A stretch of DNA of 64,000 nt, taken from NCBI RefSeq assembly GCF_009914755.1, contig NC_060930.1; one strand, 5' to 3'. This document shows, piece by piece, positions 16,150 to 32,632 of this stretch. Source of the DNA: the human T2T-CHM13v2.0 reference genome, Homo sapiens. A program made the translations under genes and the position numbers. Within the stretch, counting starts at the first letter, position 1, and the number at the start of each line of letters is the position of its first letter. The notes beneath the pieces were generated by a model that was given only the letters and a program-made list of their open reading frames with translations, did no database searches and was not told the origin of the DNA.

Positions 16150-16500
16150 GTCAGCAAGTATTTATTAAGTAATTGGTATATGCAAAACACGCTAAAAATA
16201 CTAGAATATAAGAATATCACTAAAAGCTAATAGTTATAAGCAGCTTATAATAGCCGTTTGGTAAATGACACAGGTAAAAAGGCAGAATATAGAAAGTGGT
16301 ATAAGAAAGGTATAATAATAACATTGGGGCTCAGTGAAGGTTATAACACCGCGTTGGGGTTAGAATTTTAAAGTTCTCATGGAAACAGGGCTGTAGATGG
16401 TGATATTTTAGATTGGTTCTGAGGGTTTGGATAGGCAGAAGGGAAGGCAAGAACATTCTAGGCAGAACTGAAGGAAATAAATAAGGACTCATTCCCAAAC
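16150..16500 (-). mobile_element. L2 fragment
   Basis: CAGCAAGTATTTATTAAG...GAAGGCAAGAACATTCTAGGCAGA, antisense L2 3' part. Confidence 0.55.
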
Positions 16501-17794
16501 ATTTAGCTTTTGGAGTTAAAGTGCATACATGGGCTACTGGTGTGAAACTTAAAAACAAGACAATAGACTTTTTAAATCTCTGTATCAACCCCACTCATGA
16601 TAATCTACAAAATAACTACTATTCACTCACTGACTTCAACGTATTATTTTCAGCTGTGTTGGATGTTTTAGAGGTGAAAGGCATTTGGTCTGTACTGAAC
16701 CTTTGAAAACCATTTCAAGTGAAACAACCTGGGTTTTTATATTATATATGTTTTATGAATGTGAACCCATATATAATCATGATCATTTACTGCTGATAAA
16801 TTATATAATAATATGACTGTTATAGAGCAAATCAGATATGAGCCTAAGTCATACCAACAAAACTAGATTGAATTATTCTCCAATATAGTATCATTCATTC
16901 TTTTACTTAAAAAACAACAAACATTTTAAACTATGTGCCAAGAACCATGAATAAGGAATTAAAAAGTAAAAGTCTATATATATTGTTAATCTATTATAAA
17001 CAACAGGAAATAAAATTGGTTCATAATTCCCATAAGTATATTCTGTGAACATCAAAGTCTATTATAGCTGTTATTTTCACTTCATTTGAACGGATGTGGT
17101 CTTTTACAAATTGATTTTTCTCCTTATTTTTTTTTTATTTCTGAAAATGAGATTTTCTGCTTACTTGTTTCAGTGTCTTGAACCAAGGCACTACAACTTA
17201 CCACTATTGAAAAATCTGCATAAATGTACATTGAGTAAAATATACTTACTACATTTATCTAAGGCCTAAATTTAGCTTTCTAGTACAAATTTAGCCTGCC
17301 AATTGTTGAAAATAATATTTTTAATCCTGATTGTAAAGATACACATGTACTCTCTATAGGAGATTAAACAAATCTTCTATAGAGTTGATAAAATAAATCC
17401 TGTTCCTTCATTTTTATATGAGAAAGAAATATAACTAGGATTATTACAACATCTCCTACAACTCTCAGAATCTTCACCACCTTATTAACCTGGTGTTTGG
17501 ATTCTCTTTGTTGTATCTTTTTTTAAGAAAAAAATTCTTAAATTAAAAATGGAATCGCTCAGACTGCATTCCTTCCCGAAGAGCAAAGCTGGCTTCACAC
17601 TAAAGAGAGAACACTGCACCTCCTCCTTCTGGCTCCTAGTGCTCTACAAAGTTGGAGAAACTTTTCTAGTAATGAACCATAGCAATGATGCTGGGAAGTA
17701 TAGTCTTTGATATATCTTTTAAAGCATAGATTTTTCACTGAATCAGCAATCACTCTTGGAAAATAGATGTAGACCAAAGATACATATATATATA

Positions 17795-18096
17795 TTTGAG
17801 GTAGGAGCTTGCTCTGTCACCCAGGTCAGAATATAGTGGTACAATCATGGCTCACTGCAGCTTCAACCTCCCTTGCTCAAGTGATCCTCTCACCTCAGCA
17901 TCCCAAGTAGCTGGGACTACAGGCATATGCCACCATACCTGGCTATATATACATATATATTTTTTTTAAATTTTTTTGTAGAGATGAGGTCTTGCTCTGT
18001 TACCCAGTCTGGTCTCAAACTCCTGGCCTCAAGTGATCCTCTGGCCTTCGCTTCTCAAAGTGCTGGGATTGCAGGCATGAGATGCTGCGCCCAGCC
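17795..18096 (-). mobile_element. Alu (AluJ-like)
   Basis: Dimer with a TA-rich linker. Confidence 0.94.
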
Positions 18097-19116
18097 TATA
18101 GTATTCAAAATTGTCCATCTGCAGCATTCCTTCAAGCAGCTTACACACAAAATCAAATCAATTATTTTGGTGATCAACCTAATAAAAATAGCACCATAAT
18201 TTTAAAAAGAAGAATTGTTTTGGCTGAATTAGAAGCCTCCATATTAATCCAACCTCTATGCATGTCATAATGGGCCTGATTTGGGTGCACTTTCGTATCT
18301 AAAGCATGATATTTAAAAAGGGCATATAAAATGGGAATGTTCATTTGGAGACAGGCTAAATTTTTTCATGGCAACAGGCAAAAAAAAACCATGAAATACA
18401 AGATAGTTCTGGAGTTCTAGCCCTCAAGCTGAACAACTGTGGGAGAAAGACTTTCAACTTCCTATAGAGCAGTTAACAGAAGTGCTTCTTCATCAATATC
18501 TTGCATATGTGTTGCTTCATAAATGCAAGTAATATTATCAGTAATATCAACAGAAATAATTTGATATTTTAAATTCATAATGAAATCATCATTTTAAAGG
18601 AAAGAAGGGAAAATTTGAGTGTCGGCCTTGAGCTTCTTTCATTAGTCTAGTGAGTCTTGGTCTTTCTCTGCTTACAATGACTTTTATGCATATTTCTAAA
18701 ATTAAGGAAAATGCCAGAAATACAGGTTGTTTGTGTATATAGGTGGTCCTACTTCTGTTATTTGACAATAATGACATTTCAATAATGACATTGAAACAAA
18801 CAAAAAATGTCCATTTGGGGCAGAGGAACTGACCCCAAAATATAACTGAGTAAGAAATGCTAATGTTTAGTAAAATATGAGGATGCTACCTGAGGAGGGC
18901 TGTGAACCACTTCCTTGGGCTCAATTTCATTCTCAGCCTTCCTAACAATACTTATTTCAATATGAACATTAAGCAGTCAAAAGTAGGGAAGCATTCAAAA
19001 TATATTGTATCCACCCAAGAAGGCATCTTCCTGTATGAGTCAGTAGGTGTCTTAAGAGAGAATAAATGGTTTAACAACCCAAGGCTTTGTATTTTCCCCA
19101 TTAATCATTTATTTTC

Positions 19117-19232
19117 AACCAGGCATGGTGGCTCATGCCAGTAATCCCAGCATCTTGGAGGGCCCAGGCTAGAGGATCACTGAAGCCCAGAAGTTCAGGA
19201 CCAGTCTGAGCAACATAGTAAGACCTCATCTC
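19117..19232 (+). mobile_element. Alu left monomer (FLAM_C-like)
   Basis: Single left arm ending AGACCTCATCTC. Confidence 0.88.
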
Positions 19233-19268
19233 TAATTAAATATATATATATTTAATTATATATATAAT

Positions 19269-19331
<63 letters not shown>
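19233..19331. repeat. Pure A/T tract: 26-bp palindrome, (TA)14 and T28
   Basis: TAATTAAA-TATATATATA-TTTAATTA at 19233-19258; (TA)14 at 19276-19303; T28 at 19304-19331. Confidence 0.95.
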
Positions 19332-19334
<3 letters not shown>

Positions 19335-19640
19335 GGCCGGACGTGTTGGTTCATGCCTGTAATCTCAGCACTTTGGGAGATGAAGGCAGGCAGATTGCTT
19401 GAGTCCAGGAGTTTGAGACCAGCCTAGGCAATATAGCAAGACATTGTCTCTACAAAAATAGTACAAAAATTAGCCAGGCATGGTGGCAGGTGCCTGTAGT
19501 CTCACTACTCAGGAGGCTGAGGTGGGAGAATCAATCGAGTGCCGGAGGTTGAGGCTACAGTGAGACACGATTGTGCCACCACACTCCAACCTGGGTGACA
19601 GAGAAAGACCTTGTCTCAAAATAAAATTAAATTCAATTAA
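19335..19640 (+). mobile_element. Alu (AluJ-like)
   Basis: Diverged full dimer. Confidence 0.95.
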
Positions 19641-21154
19641 AATAAATAAATTTATTTATTTATATTCTTCCACTACATTACTATGAGGAAAAATATTCAA
19701 CACCTAATTGTCCTTTGCTCTTACAGATAGAATAGATGACTTCTTGAAGTCAAACCCTGCTGAGCAAATAGTATATACTCCAGTGCATACCAGGCAAGCA
19801 GTATATATATAATGGTTGAAGACATTTTCTGGAACAGAGAAAACTAGAGCAACACCAGTCCTACCACTGTTCCTTCCAGCAGCTCTGTAACTACACAGCG
19901 TCTGTGACATTTTTCTCTCAATTTCAATGGCCTAAACATTCAAATGTGGTGGGCACTGACTGCCACTGTATTTTCCTCATTCTATTATTTTTCCCTTTAC
20001 TCAAAGGGAAAGCTAGAGACATCCCTCCCTGACTAAATGGGCTCTATCTCCAGGAAAACATGTCACTACTGTAAGGAGAACATAAAGACCCCATTATGTC
20101 TTTACTTCTGTATTTACTTTTTTTCTAAAATCTGAACTGTACAATTTGTGAACATAGGCATTCCAACATCAGAGTCAGGTTTTTTAACTGTATCATTCTG
20201 TTAACCCACCCTTTAAAGAATTCAAATTTAACATACTTTGCAGCTTAAAAGCAGCATAAAATAAAATTTCAGAAAATGTCATGGCAACACATCAAACATT
20301 TAATGTCAGTTTCCCTTATGCTCATTGCATTGCAAAAGGCAACCACCAATTATGCAATTTTGAAATGATATTTTACTTTGTAATTAAAACCCAGGTTCCT
20401 TGTGCTTGATATTTGTAGAGCATCTGTGCAAAGCAATTGCTCCCTGGGAAGGGAAGATGGTATCTTTGCACTTTCAAAGACCTCTGCCTACAGTGCTGTT
20501 ATAAATAAGCTTTTTTCCTTTGTTAGCTTAATGCACCTAACTTCACACTTAGATATGTTATCAAGGAATCACCAAATAGCATGCATGCATAAGTTCATTG
20601 TTTAGAAGTTGGTGTAAATTTTATTACTAGACAGTTCCTTTGTTCCATATGACAAATATTGCCTTCATTTAATTATAATGCTGAAAACTTCATCTGATAT
20701 GTACCCAGCCTTTAATTGTTTTCAATCCTAAACTGACATTTTTGGACTATTTGAATATGATTTGAATAACAATGGGCCAGTTGGTATGATGCTAAGGAAA
20801 AGAAGATACCTGTAAAATTGCCAACAGTACATCATCTTTTTATGGTCTCTTGATTCTCCTTTACCGTAGGCTTTTTATAAATAAGTGAAAACTATACATT
20901 TTACTTGCCTCTTCATTTGAAGTCCATTCACCTTAGTGACACTATCCTGTATACTAATGCTGTGGGGCGCACTTTATTCTGACACAATATAGCTATCATC
21001 TTGCCTAATAAAATAACAGTACCACACACATTTAAGTTTATATATATATATATAAAATTTACTGTCAATCAATGGAATAAAACTCTATCTTACTAAAGTC
21101 CAATAGACTAAGGTATAATCATAAATGCAGGTATTTTAATAAATGAAATACTTC

Positions 21155-21494
<340 letters not shown>

Positions 21495-21601
21495 TGAAAT
21501 ACTTTAATTAGGATATAATAAAATCTCATCTATCTAGAGAGCAACATTTTTCAGATAACCAATCTTTCCCTCTTTAAGTACCAAACCTTTTTGATATTTG
21601 A

Positions 21602-22372
<771 letters not shown>

Positions 22373-22925
22373 AATAATTCTAATATAAGGATGACTTTAA
22401 GACAAAGAATCAAGTGGGACGTTTTTCCTTGTTACAAAATGACTCCAGACAACTGTTTTCAACCTACTGTAGCGTTTTATAGCTTTTGGTTCTCTCCTAA
22501 TGACTAGGAGTTTAATTTTTTCTTCTTAATCTTAACCAGGAAGCATATTAGAAGTAAAATGTTGCCTCCTTTGTGTGAAGAGGACTTTGGACCCAGGAAC
22601 TACATCAGGAAAAAATGTTAGAATGATATATGAATCATGAGTGTACAGACACCAAGTAAGGACTGAAGGAACATGTCTATCACTCTATGAGCTGTCTTGT
22701 GTGGCTTTTGTAATATTAATTTAATCTGTTCAGAATCTTAATAGCTGAAGTACTAGTTTATTATTTCAGGCAGGTGAGCTACTGATTTATTGAGTTGTCT
22801 GTAAAAAGAGTATCACTATGGTGTAACTGACTCAAACTTCATAGAAGGCAGGTAATTTATTCCTGGTTTCTAGAAAACAGCTTGAACACAAGGTAGTCAG
22901 TTGTTCCTTTTTTTTCCCCTCACTT

Positions 22926-23226
22926 GTTTTATTAAGATACAATTGACAAATAAAAATTATATATATTTACAGTATACAACATAATGTTTAGATATATATA
23001 TATGCATTCTAAAATGATTACATCAAGCTAATTTCCGCATCCATCACCTCACATACTTTTATCTTTGTGTGTGCATGTGTGTGTGATGGAACATTTAAGA
23101 TCTAATTTCTTAGCAATGTTCAAGTATACATTTACTATTATGAACTATAATCAACATGTTCTACAATAAACCTCTAGAACTTATCCATTCTAACTGATGC
23201 TTTCTACCAACATCTCCCCATTCCCT
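22926..23226 (-). mobile_element. L1MA (MA8/9-like) 3' end
   Basis: TACAATTGACAAATAAAAATT...CATCCATCACCTCACATA...CTAGAACTTATCCATTCTAACTGA. Confidence 0.85.
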
Positions 23227-23272
23227 CAATCGAATTGTTCTTTTCTTAACTATAAAAATATTTTAAGCAATA

Positions 23273-23956
<684 letters not shown>

Positions 23957-24281
23957 CTAAATTCTAAACATGTGGCCTATTACAGAATGGAATTTTAAAA
24001 TAACAGGCCTATTTTGGAGCCTATCCATAGTGCTGAGATAGTAGAAGTGTAAGATCCTACTTATAACATAGTTCCACAACATGAACTCTAAATGTGATGT
24101 TTTAGCAAAACTCCAAAATCAGGCTAGAATCTTACTCAAGTCTGTACAGTGTAGAATTAAGAATCAAGCACTGTAAAACTATAATGTTAGGTTCCAAACA
24201 GCTAACTTCTAGGGAGGTAATTAAAACTGAGGAAAGGGAGATGAAGAATGACTTTTATTTTATATTCTATATCATTTAACT

Positions 24282-24574
24282 TTTCTTTTTTTCAGACAGG
24301 GTCTTGCTGTATTCCTCAGGCTTGGAGTATAGTGCTGCAATCGCAGCTCACTGCAGCCTCAACTTCCTGGGTTCAAACAATCCTCTCACTTAGCCTCCCA
24401 AGTAGCTGGGATTATAGGCATTAGTCATCCCACCAGGCTAGCTTTTTTGATATTTTATAGAGACAGGGTCTTGCTATATTGCCCAGGCTGGTCTCAAACT
24501 CCTGTCCTCAAGTCATCAGTCTGCTTCAGCCTCCCAAAGTGCTGGGATTACAGGAGAGAGCCACCATGCCCAGC
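24282..24574 (-). mobile_element. Alu (AluJ-like)
   Basis: Diverged dimer. Confidence 0.93.
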
Positions 24575-24800
24575 CTCAGTTAGTTTAACATTTTATACAA
24601 TATATGTGTGTGTGCATACATACACACATGCATACATACATACATTATTTTTCAGTTAAAAATTAGTTTGATTACCCATAAAACCACAAGAAAATTTTAC
24701 TTCAAAGAAACAAAAATGTTACTTAACTCTGTGAGATAGCTCAAATATGATTAGGATTTTTGCTGCTTACTGAATCCTTAAATTTATTTAGACTGGGTGT

Positions 24801-25520
<720 letters not shown>

Positions 25521-25522
25521 AA

Positions 25523-25916
25523 TGTGTCAGTTCACTCAGGCTGCTATAACAAAATACCATAAACTGGGTGGCTTATAAACAAGAGAAGTTCATTTCTCAC
25601 CGTTTTGGAGGCTGGGAAGTCCAAGATCAAGGCACTGGCAGATTGAGTGTCTGGTAATGACCTGCTTTCAGGTTCGTAGATGGTGCCTTCTTTCTGTGTC
25701 CTCACATGGTAGAAGGGGCAAGGGTCTCTCTGGGGCCTCTTTCATAGGGGCGCTAACCTCATTCATCAGTGCTCTCCCCTCATGACATAATCACTTCCCA
25801 AAGGCCTTATCTTCTAACACTGACACATACGGTATTTCAACATAAAAATTATCATATTTCAGAAATTAAGAGTAGGATTAGAACTTCAGTATATAAATTT
25901 GGTGGGACACAAACAT
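25523..25916 (-). mobile_element. MaLR solo LTR (MLT1A0-like)
   Basis: CAGGCTGCTATAACAAAATACCATAAACTGGGTGGCTTATAAAC...GGAGGCTGGGAAGTCCAAGATCAAGG...GGGACACAAACATT. Confidence 0.88.
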
Positions 25917-27667
25917 TATATATCCACAATCTATATCCCTTGTGGAGATCTGGTTAATCAGATAATGATCCAAAGCAGCCATGGGCCCACTGCTCCCTGG
26001 CCTCACTGTGGGCATCTTCTCCCTCCTTCGTCTTGGTTTCTGCTCTCAACACCTAGAGAGGTGGAAGCAGCCACAGGTCACCCCCACCAACAAGCAAGTA
26101 GTTGTGACAATTCTGTTTTCATAGACTTCTCATTATTTTCAGAGAAGTAATTCAAAAAGTATCTGGAAAATCTCTTTCTAAAAAGACAGAAGTTTTCCTG
26201 AAAGTTGAGAGTCCTGCCCACACACTTCCCACACGGACAAAAACCGACCATTTTTTCCTTTGGGAAAACATTATTGCTTGAAAACTCATTTTGTTAGCAC
26301 TGGCACAACAGTGTATCAAAACATATTAAAACGAAAAAATTCAGCGCACGCGGATACTGTTGGTGGGACTCTCATTTTACCTAGTTCTGTATGAGAATTT
26401 TTATAAGAATGTGTATCTTTGGTAAACATTCAATTACAACTTTCTGCTCCCTATTTTCTTCAGTTCTTATACTAAAAGATCCAAAGTTTCCCCTATATCT
26501 TATTTTAAAAGAACACTGCAAAGATAATTGTTTTTATAGAATCATAAAGTAACAAGAGGACCTTTAGTAATTAGCTGGTGCAAGCCCTCATTTCACAGAT
26601 ACAGAAGCTAGACCCAAAGGGTTCCTGAGAGCTGCTCGGGGATGCTGGGTTAAACATTAGAAGCAGTTGGTCAGACAGAAGACCACTGTGCTGTGTGCCT
26701 GCTTTCATAGTAACATTTAAAATTATGATCTAGCCTATAAAAAGGGACCCTTCCAGAATCTTTAGAAAAGTAATAAATTTGCAATCATTTTTATTTAGTG
26801 CTAGTGTCTGAACTGTGTCTTACACTTGCAACTTAAAAACAAAATGAAACAAAAACTCCACAACATATACACCTAAAATCCGGAATGAATTTGTTTAGCT
26901 TTAAATAAGGCCTGGTATGAGAGGAAGATGGAACTTACTGACAATAAGTGCACATTTATAGACTGAACTTGTCCATGAAAACAGAAGATTACCAAAGGAA
27001 ATATAGCACATAAAATTGAAATATTAAATATTAATAAAGACCACAGAAATCAATTTAAAGAGATAGCTTTTATTTTTAATGTTATTTTCATCAGCTTTCC
27101 CTATGAAAATAGAGATCTATTTAAATTTTTTTTTTTTTTTTTTACTCTCCTCACTTTGATATTCTGCTCTTCAATTGGTAAATCATATTCTTCTTCCTGC
27201 CAAACATGTCATCCTCACTAAATCTGGAATGGGATGCTTGGCTAGATTTCCTTTGTTATGGATATTAGAAAACCAGAGAGATAATATTTTTCCATGCAAA
27301 TTGGGACCTGCTTGTTGAGTGAATTAGCTCTGATAACAGCCAAAAGCAAAACAAAACAAAACAGAAATAGAATGAGAAACAAACTAACAGTTCACACAAT
27401 GTTTTGAGTGATCACATAATCATGAGTACATGTACAATTAAATTTGGGAGCAGAAAAGAGGTTACCTTAAATTTCCCTACATGCTTGCTTTGAAATTTTA
27501 ATTTTTTTCGTAAGTTCAGAAAATAGTTCTAGTAATTACTAAATAGTTTATGCCTTTAGCTATTAGAATTCATTTTAAAAGTGGCAATACCTAGGCCAAA
27601 GCAAAATGGAAAGTTAATTATTGCCTGAAGTTAAAGGACAGAGGTCTTTCAGATAATAAAAACTTTA

Positions 27668-27973
<306 letters not shown>

Positions 27974-29736
27974 TTAGGTGGACTCAAATGACATCCCATT
28001 TTGTTTCAATCTTAATGACTGATAATTTTTCTAAAATTTTTAAATATATTTTCTGCTTTAGTAAACAGTGTATAAAAATTGTCTTAATATTTATTTTGTG
28101 GTTGAAAATGTTCCTATTTTATAGTCATTATCTGATGACAATTATAATTAAATAGTTATATAGATTTGACTAGGAAAGTAACAAATATTGACGTGAATCC
28201 ATGTTGACCCCCACAATGACCCTACCATTATTTCTGTTGCTTTTTAAAGTCTTTGTGGTGCGTTTTCTTCTTTTTATATTGCAGCCACTCATAGACTCTT
28301 GACAGAAGAGTGGTGCAGTCACATTTTTTTCTCAATTGGACCACCATGCAGCCTGCTAATTCCTGTGATCTTTCTTCTGCTTTTGAAGAAATTCTAAGAA
28401 AGGAAATGATGGTTACTTACAATTTCACTTTACTGAATTCCAGTTAATTAGGGGTTTCTGAACTTGAAATCAAGATAATATACACATGAAACAAGAAAGT
28501 TTATTTCTTATTCCATCCAGGTTAATTCTATTATGCATTGACATTAACATTATTCAATCATTCATATAAAAATTAAGACAGAGCATTCCCTTGAACTCCT
28601 GAAATTTCTCTACATTTTTTCCTTTGGCTGCTAATAGTTTAAGGAATAATTGTATTTTTTTTTTTCGGTGTCAGGGATATCTGTTATGTATTTTGACATC
28701 GAAGAAAGTCCAAGTGTATAGGAGGTTAAAAGAGTATTCAAGCAAAGAGTGCTTGAAATAAACACGCTGTCAGAAACAGTTTTATTGTGTAGAGATTTGC
28801 AATCTAATGACTTTTATTGCAATGGTATTTATACACACATATACATACATTTAATGATTTGCTGAGATTTTCCCTAAGGGCATTCTAAGAAAATAATATT
28901 ACTCAAAACACAATGAATTAACTGCTCCCATTAGACACCTCACTCAAAAGAACAGAGGAAGAACCTTGTTAAGTAAGAGATGTTTCCTAGCATAGTGTGC
29001 GGAAGTGTCCTAACTTATTGATCATATTATTTAGCTACAATTGGAAATCAATGCCTCTGAAAAGATAAACATCTGAAGAATATACCTGCTGATTTCATCC
29101 TTCCCCACCCTCCCTACAGAAGGGACAGAAGCTTCTTTCTTTTTTCCCTTGACAGAAGGATACACTGATTGCCATTACACTATGCATGGTCCCTGCTTGA
29201 AGAAATGTGCACACTGGTCTAGCAAAGGCTGCAGTGCCCAAGATGACTACCAGGATGGCAGTCACTTTGGTTCCAGCAGTTGCATGTCCACAGTGCCACC
29301 CCACTGCGGGGCCACCATTGCACCCTCAGGGCTCCTTCCTGGCTGTCATTTGTTGTTTTCCCTTCCTCCTACTCCATTTATGACCAGTCCCACAGGTTTT
29401 CCATGTCAATAACAAACATGTTCTAAATAGTAAAAGATTTCAATCCCCTCTAAAATAAAATTCAATGTCATTTACCAACCTGATGAAAATTTTCAGCCAC
29501 AGAAAATTCATAGTTTAATCGATGCCCTGGAAAGAACTCATGTTTTCCATAAAGCTTTTTCTTCTACGTGGTACAATAATATCTTCTGTGCTTACTTCAA
29601 GGAAATGTTATTTGAGACAGACTCATATACTACTTTTGTTGTTTACATTCATGGCTTGCTAGTGGCCCAAGTTTACATGACAAATATGTGCCAAGAAAGC
29701 TATGATATGCTACTGACAGGACATTTTAGGCATATT

Positions 29737-29743
29737 CTTTTTC

Positions 29744-29780
<37 letters not shown>

Positions 29781-30085
29781 TTTTGAGATAGGGTCTTGCT
29801 CTGTTGCCCAGGCTGGAGTGCATGGTGCCATTACAGATCACTGCAACCTCGACCTCCCAGGCTCAAGCAATAATCTTGCCTCAGCCTCCCAAGGAGGTGG
29901 GACTACAGGCATGCACCACCATGCCTGGCTTATTAGTATTAGCATTAGTAGCAGTAGCAGTATTAGTATAAGAGATGAGGTTTTACTATATTCCCTGGGC
30001 TGGTCTCAAACTCATGGGCTCAAGTGATCCTCCTGTCTTAACCCCCCAAATTGTTGGGATTATAGGCATGAGCCACCACTCCCGG
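29737..30085 (-). mobile_element. Alu (AluJ-like) with linker converted to a (TAG)-type repeat
   Basis: Dimer; linker reads TTATTAGTATTAGCATTAGTAGCAGTAGCAGTATTAGTATA. Confidence 0.94.
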
Positions 30086-31609
30086 CCTCTATTTTGGGAG
30101 GCATATTCTATCTTTCCTCGTGAGTTCATTCAATCTGACTCTTCCACCTCCATGTTTCCAAAACTCATCTCTGTCTGCTGTTCATAATACTACTTATTAC
30201 ATCGAATCTCTTACAGCTATTTGTTTACATATTTTTCTCCCCTTCTAGACTGACAACTACTTAAGATAGAAACAGTCCTGCTAATCCTTGTATCTTCTGC
30301 TCTAAATCTTAAACTTCGTAGTTTAACAATGAACCAGAAGACCTCATTCTATCTTAGTCCATTGTTTTGTGTACCCTTCTTGCCCTGCCCTCCTTCAGGG
30401 ATGTTGTAGAGATATAGGAGGTGGATGATAAGAAAGCATTTTGAATATGGGAAGAAAACCCCAATCCAAATGCAAGGCATACTTATTTATCTTTAGATAA
30501 TAAACAATAAAAAATTCTTTGAACAATGTTTGAGTTTTGTGGATGATTTTTAAGTCAGTTATTATTGTTCTGCATTGATATCTTAGACATATTACTTAAT
30601 ATAGAAAACAGCTTGGACATGTTTACTAAAAATTATATATATCATGGATGAAAGACATAGGATTGATATGTAATATTGTGTGCATGGTTCATGTTAAGTG
30701 AATCTGAATAAGCAAAATTTGCAGAAGAGAAGCACATTAACCAGTAATAAGCTGGTGATAATATGGGAAAACCAGCACTAGAAGAAAGTTTCAGGAAAGA
30801 AGGGTTCTGGCTTTATAATGTCCCATCTGTTTCAAGCCTGTTTGATAACAAAACAGACATTCAAAAATTCTGTGTTCGGAAATTCTAGTAGTCATTCTTA
30901 ATTCTTCTCTTTCTCATGCACCCCAAATTCAAACCATCAGCAAAACCTTCAGCATATATTCAAACTCTCATCAGTTCTCACTCGGCACTGCCATCATATC
31001 TATCTTGCCCAAGTACCATCATCTCTTACCTGGATTCCAGCAATGGCATCTGGACTGGTCTCCCTGCTTCAGCCCTTGCTCGCTTTTACAATGTAGGTTA
31101 CATCATGTCATTCTTCTGCTCTAAACCTACAGTGGTTTCCCATCTCACCAAAAATAAAACCCTGACCTGGCTCTGTGCTACCTCTCTGCACTCACCCTCT
31201 ATTCCTCTCCCATTTGGCCCCATCCACACTGCCTGCTTGCCGCCCCTTGAAAGAAGTCTAGCTCGTTTCCATTTCAGAGCCTTGTACTTGCTATTTCTGG
31301 GGTGGGAGGCTCTTCTGTTGGCCTTCAATTACTAGACATAAATTTTCGTTGTTCTGCTCAACTCAAATATTATCTCTTCCAAGAATGCTTTCCCGACCAC
31401 CTTAGCAACATCTGACTAGTCACCCTATATCCCACTATCTAGTTTTATTTTCTTCTTTTTATTCATCACATTCTGATATTGTTTTTATTATTTGTTTGAA
31501 TAAGTTTTTTTCATGTGTTAATTTTTTGTCTTTTCCTACTAAGCTATAAGCTCCATTGTGGAGGTGATCTTGTCTGTTTTATTTGTTAGTGTATCCCAAG
31601 GACATAGAC

Positions 31610-31988
31610 TGTATTAGTCCAGTCTCATGCTGCTATGAAGAAATACCCAAGGCTGGGTAATTTATAAAGGAAAGAGGTTTAATTGACTCACAGTTCAGCA
31701 TGGCTGGGGAGGCCTCAGGAAACTTACAATCATGGTGGAAGGCGAAAGGGGAAGCAAGGCACCTTCTTCACAAGGTGGCAGGAAGGAGAAGCACAAGCAG
31801 GGGAAATGCCAGATGCTTATAAAACCATCAGATTTCGTGAGAACTCACTCACTATTACAAGAATAGCATGGGGGAAACCACCCCCATGATCCAATCACTT
31901 CCTACCAGGTCCCTCCCACAACACATGGGTATTATGGAAACTACAATTCAAGGTGAGATTTGGGTGAAGGCATAGCCAAACCATATCA
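31610..31988 (-). mobile_element. MSTA solo LTR (MaLR)
   Basis: TGTATTAGTCC...GGGTAATTTATAAAGGAAAGAGGTTTAATTGACTCACAGTTC...GAGATTTGGGTG...CCAAACCATATCA. Confidence 0.93.
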
Positions 31989-32015
31989 CAGATCACGTCT
32001 AGCACATATGCAGTG

Positions 32016-32632
32016 TGTGATGGCTTTGTAATGTGCAACCTCGTTAGGCTAAACTACAGCCCCTAGAGTTCCCTTTCTACTGTGTTTCCAAATAGAGAGG
32101 GCTACAAGAAATAATCTCTTCTGAGAGTTGGAGGATGGAAGGGAGGCAACAGCTGTTTTGTGGCATGCAAGCACCTTCTCCCAGTTATTCAAACACTAAT
32201 ATAAGTGCTGCTATGAAGAGGTTTCACAAATGTAATTTGTGAAAGTACTACATCAGTTGACTTTAAGTTAATTGAAAGAGAGATTATGCTTGGTGGACCT
32301 GGGTTAATTAGTTTGAAGGCTTTTAAAAGAAGACTTAGAGCTTCACTTAACTCAGAGACTCCAAACAGCAGTTGGGTGTGCAATTGCTCCTTTCAAGCTC
32401 TGCATCTTCATCCCTATCTGGCTGCTACCAGTGGACAACAAGCTTCAGGTCATGCCCCTGAGACTCCACCCTGCTCATGATTTTCCTTCCTGGCTGCCTG
32501 CTCTGTGAACTTCAGGCTTGTTTAGTGAGCCTCCACAATGTCATAGGTCAGTTCCTTGTAGTGAATCCATGAAAACACACACCCCACATCTACATTTCCT
32601 TCTGGTTCTGACCCTGTGGTTCAGCCCTGACT
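32016..32632 (+). mobile_element. MLT2 (ERVL) solo LTR
   Basis: TGTGATGG start; CCCAGTTATTCAAACACTAATATAAGTGCTGCTATGAAG; ATCAGTTGACTTTAAGT; ends TGGTTCTG...CCCTGACTG. Confidence 0.8.

Noticed and set aside
31683-31889. ORFs within MaLR LTRs (here, and at 35158-35373 and 43631-43867)
   Set aside because: They lie in non-coding LTR sequence with no gag or pol similarity.
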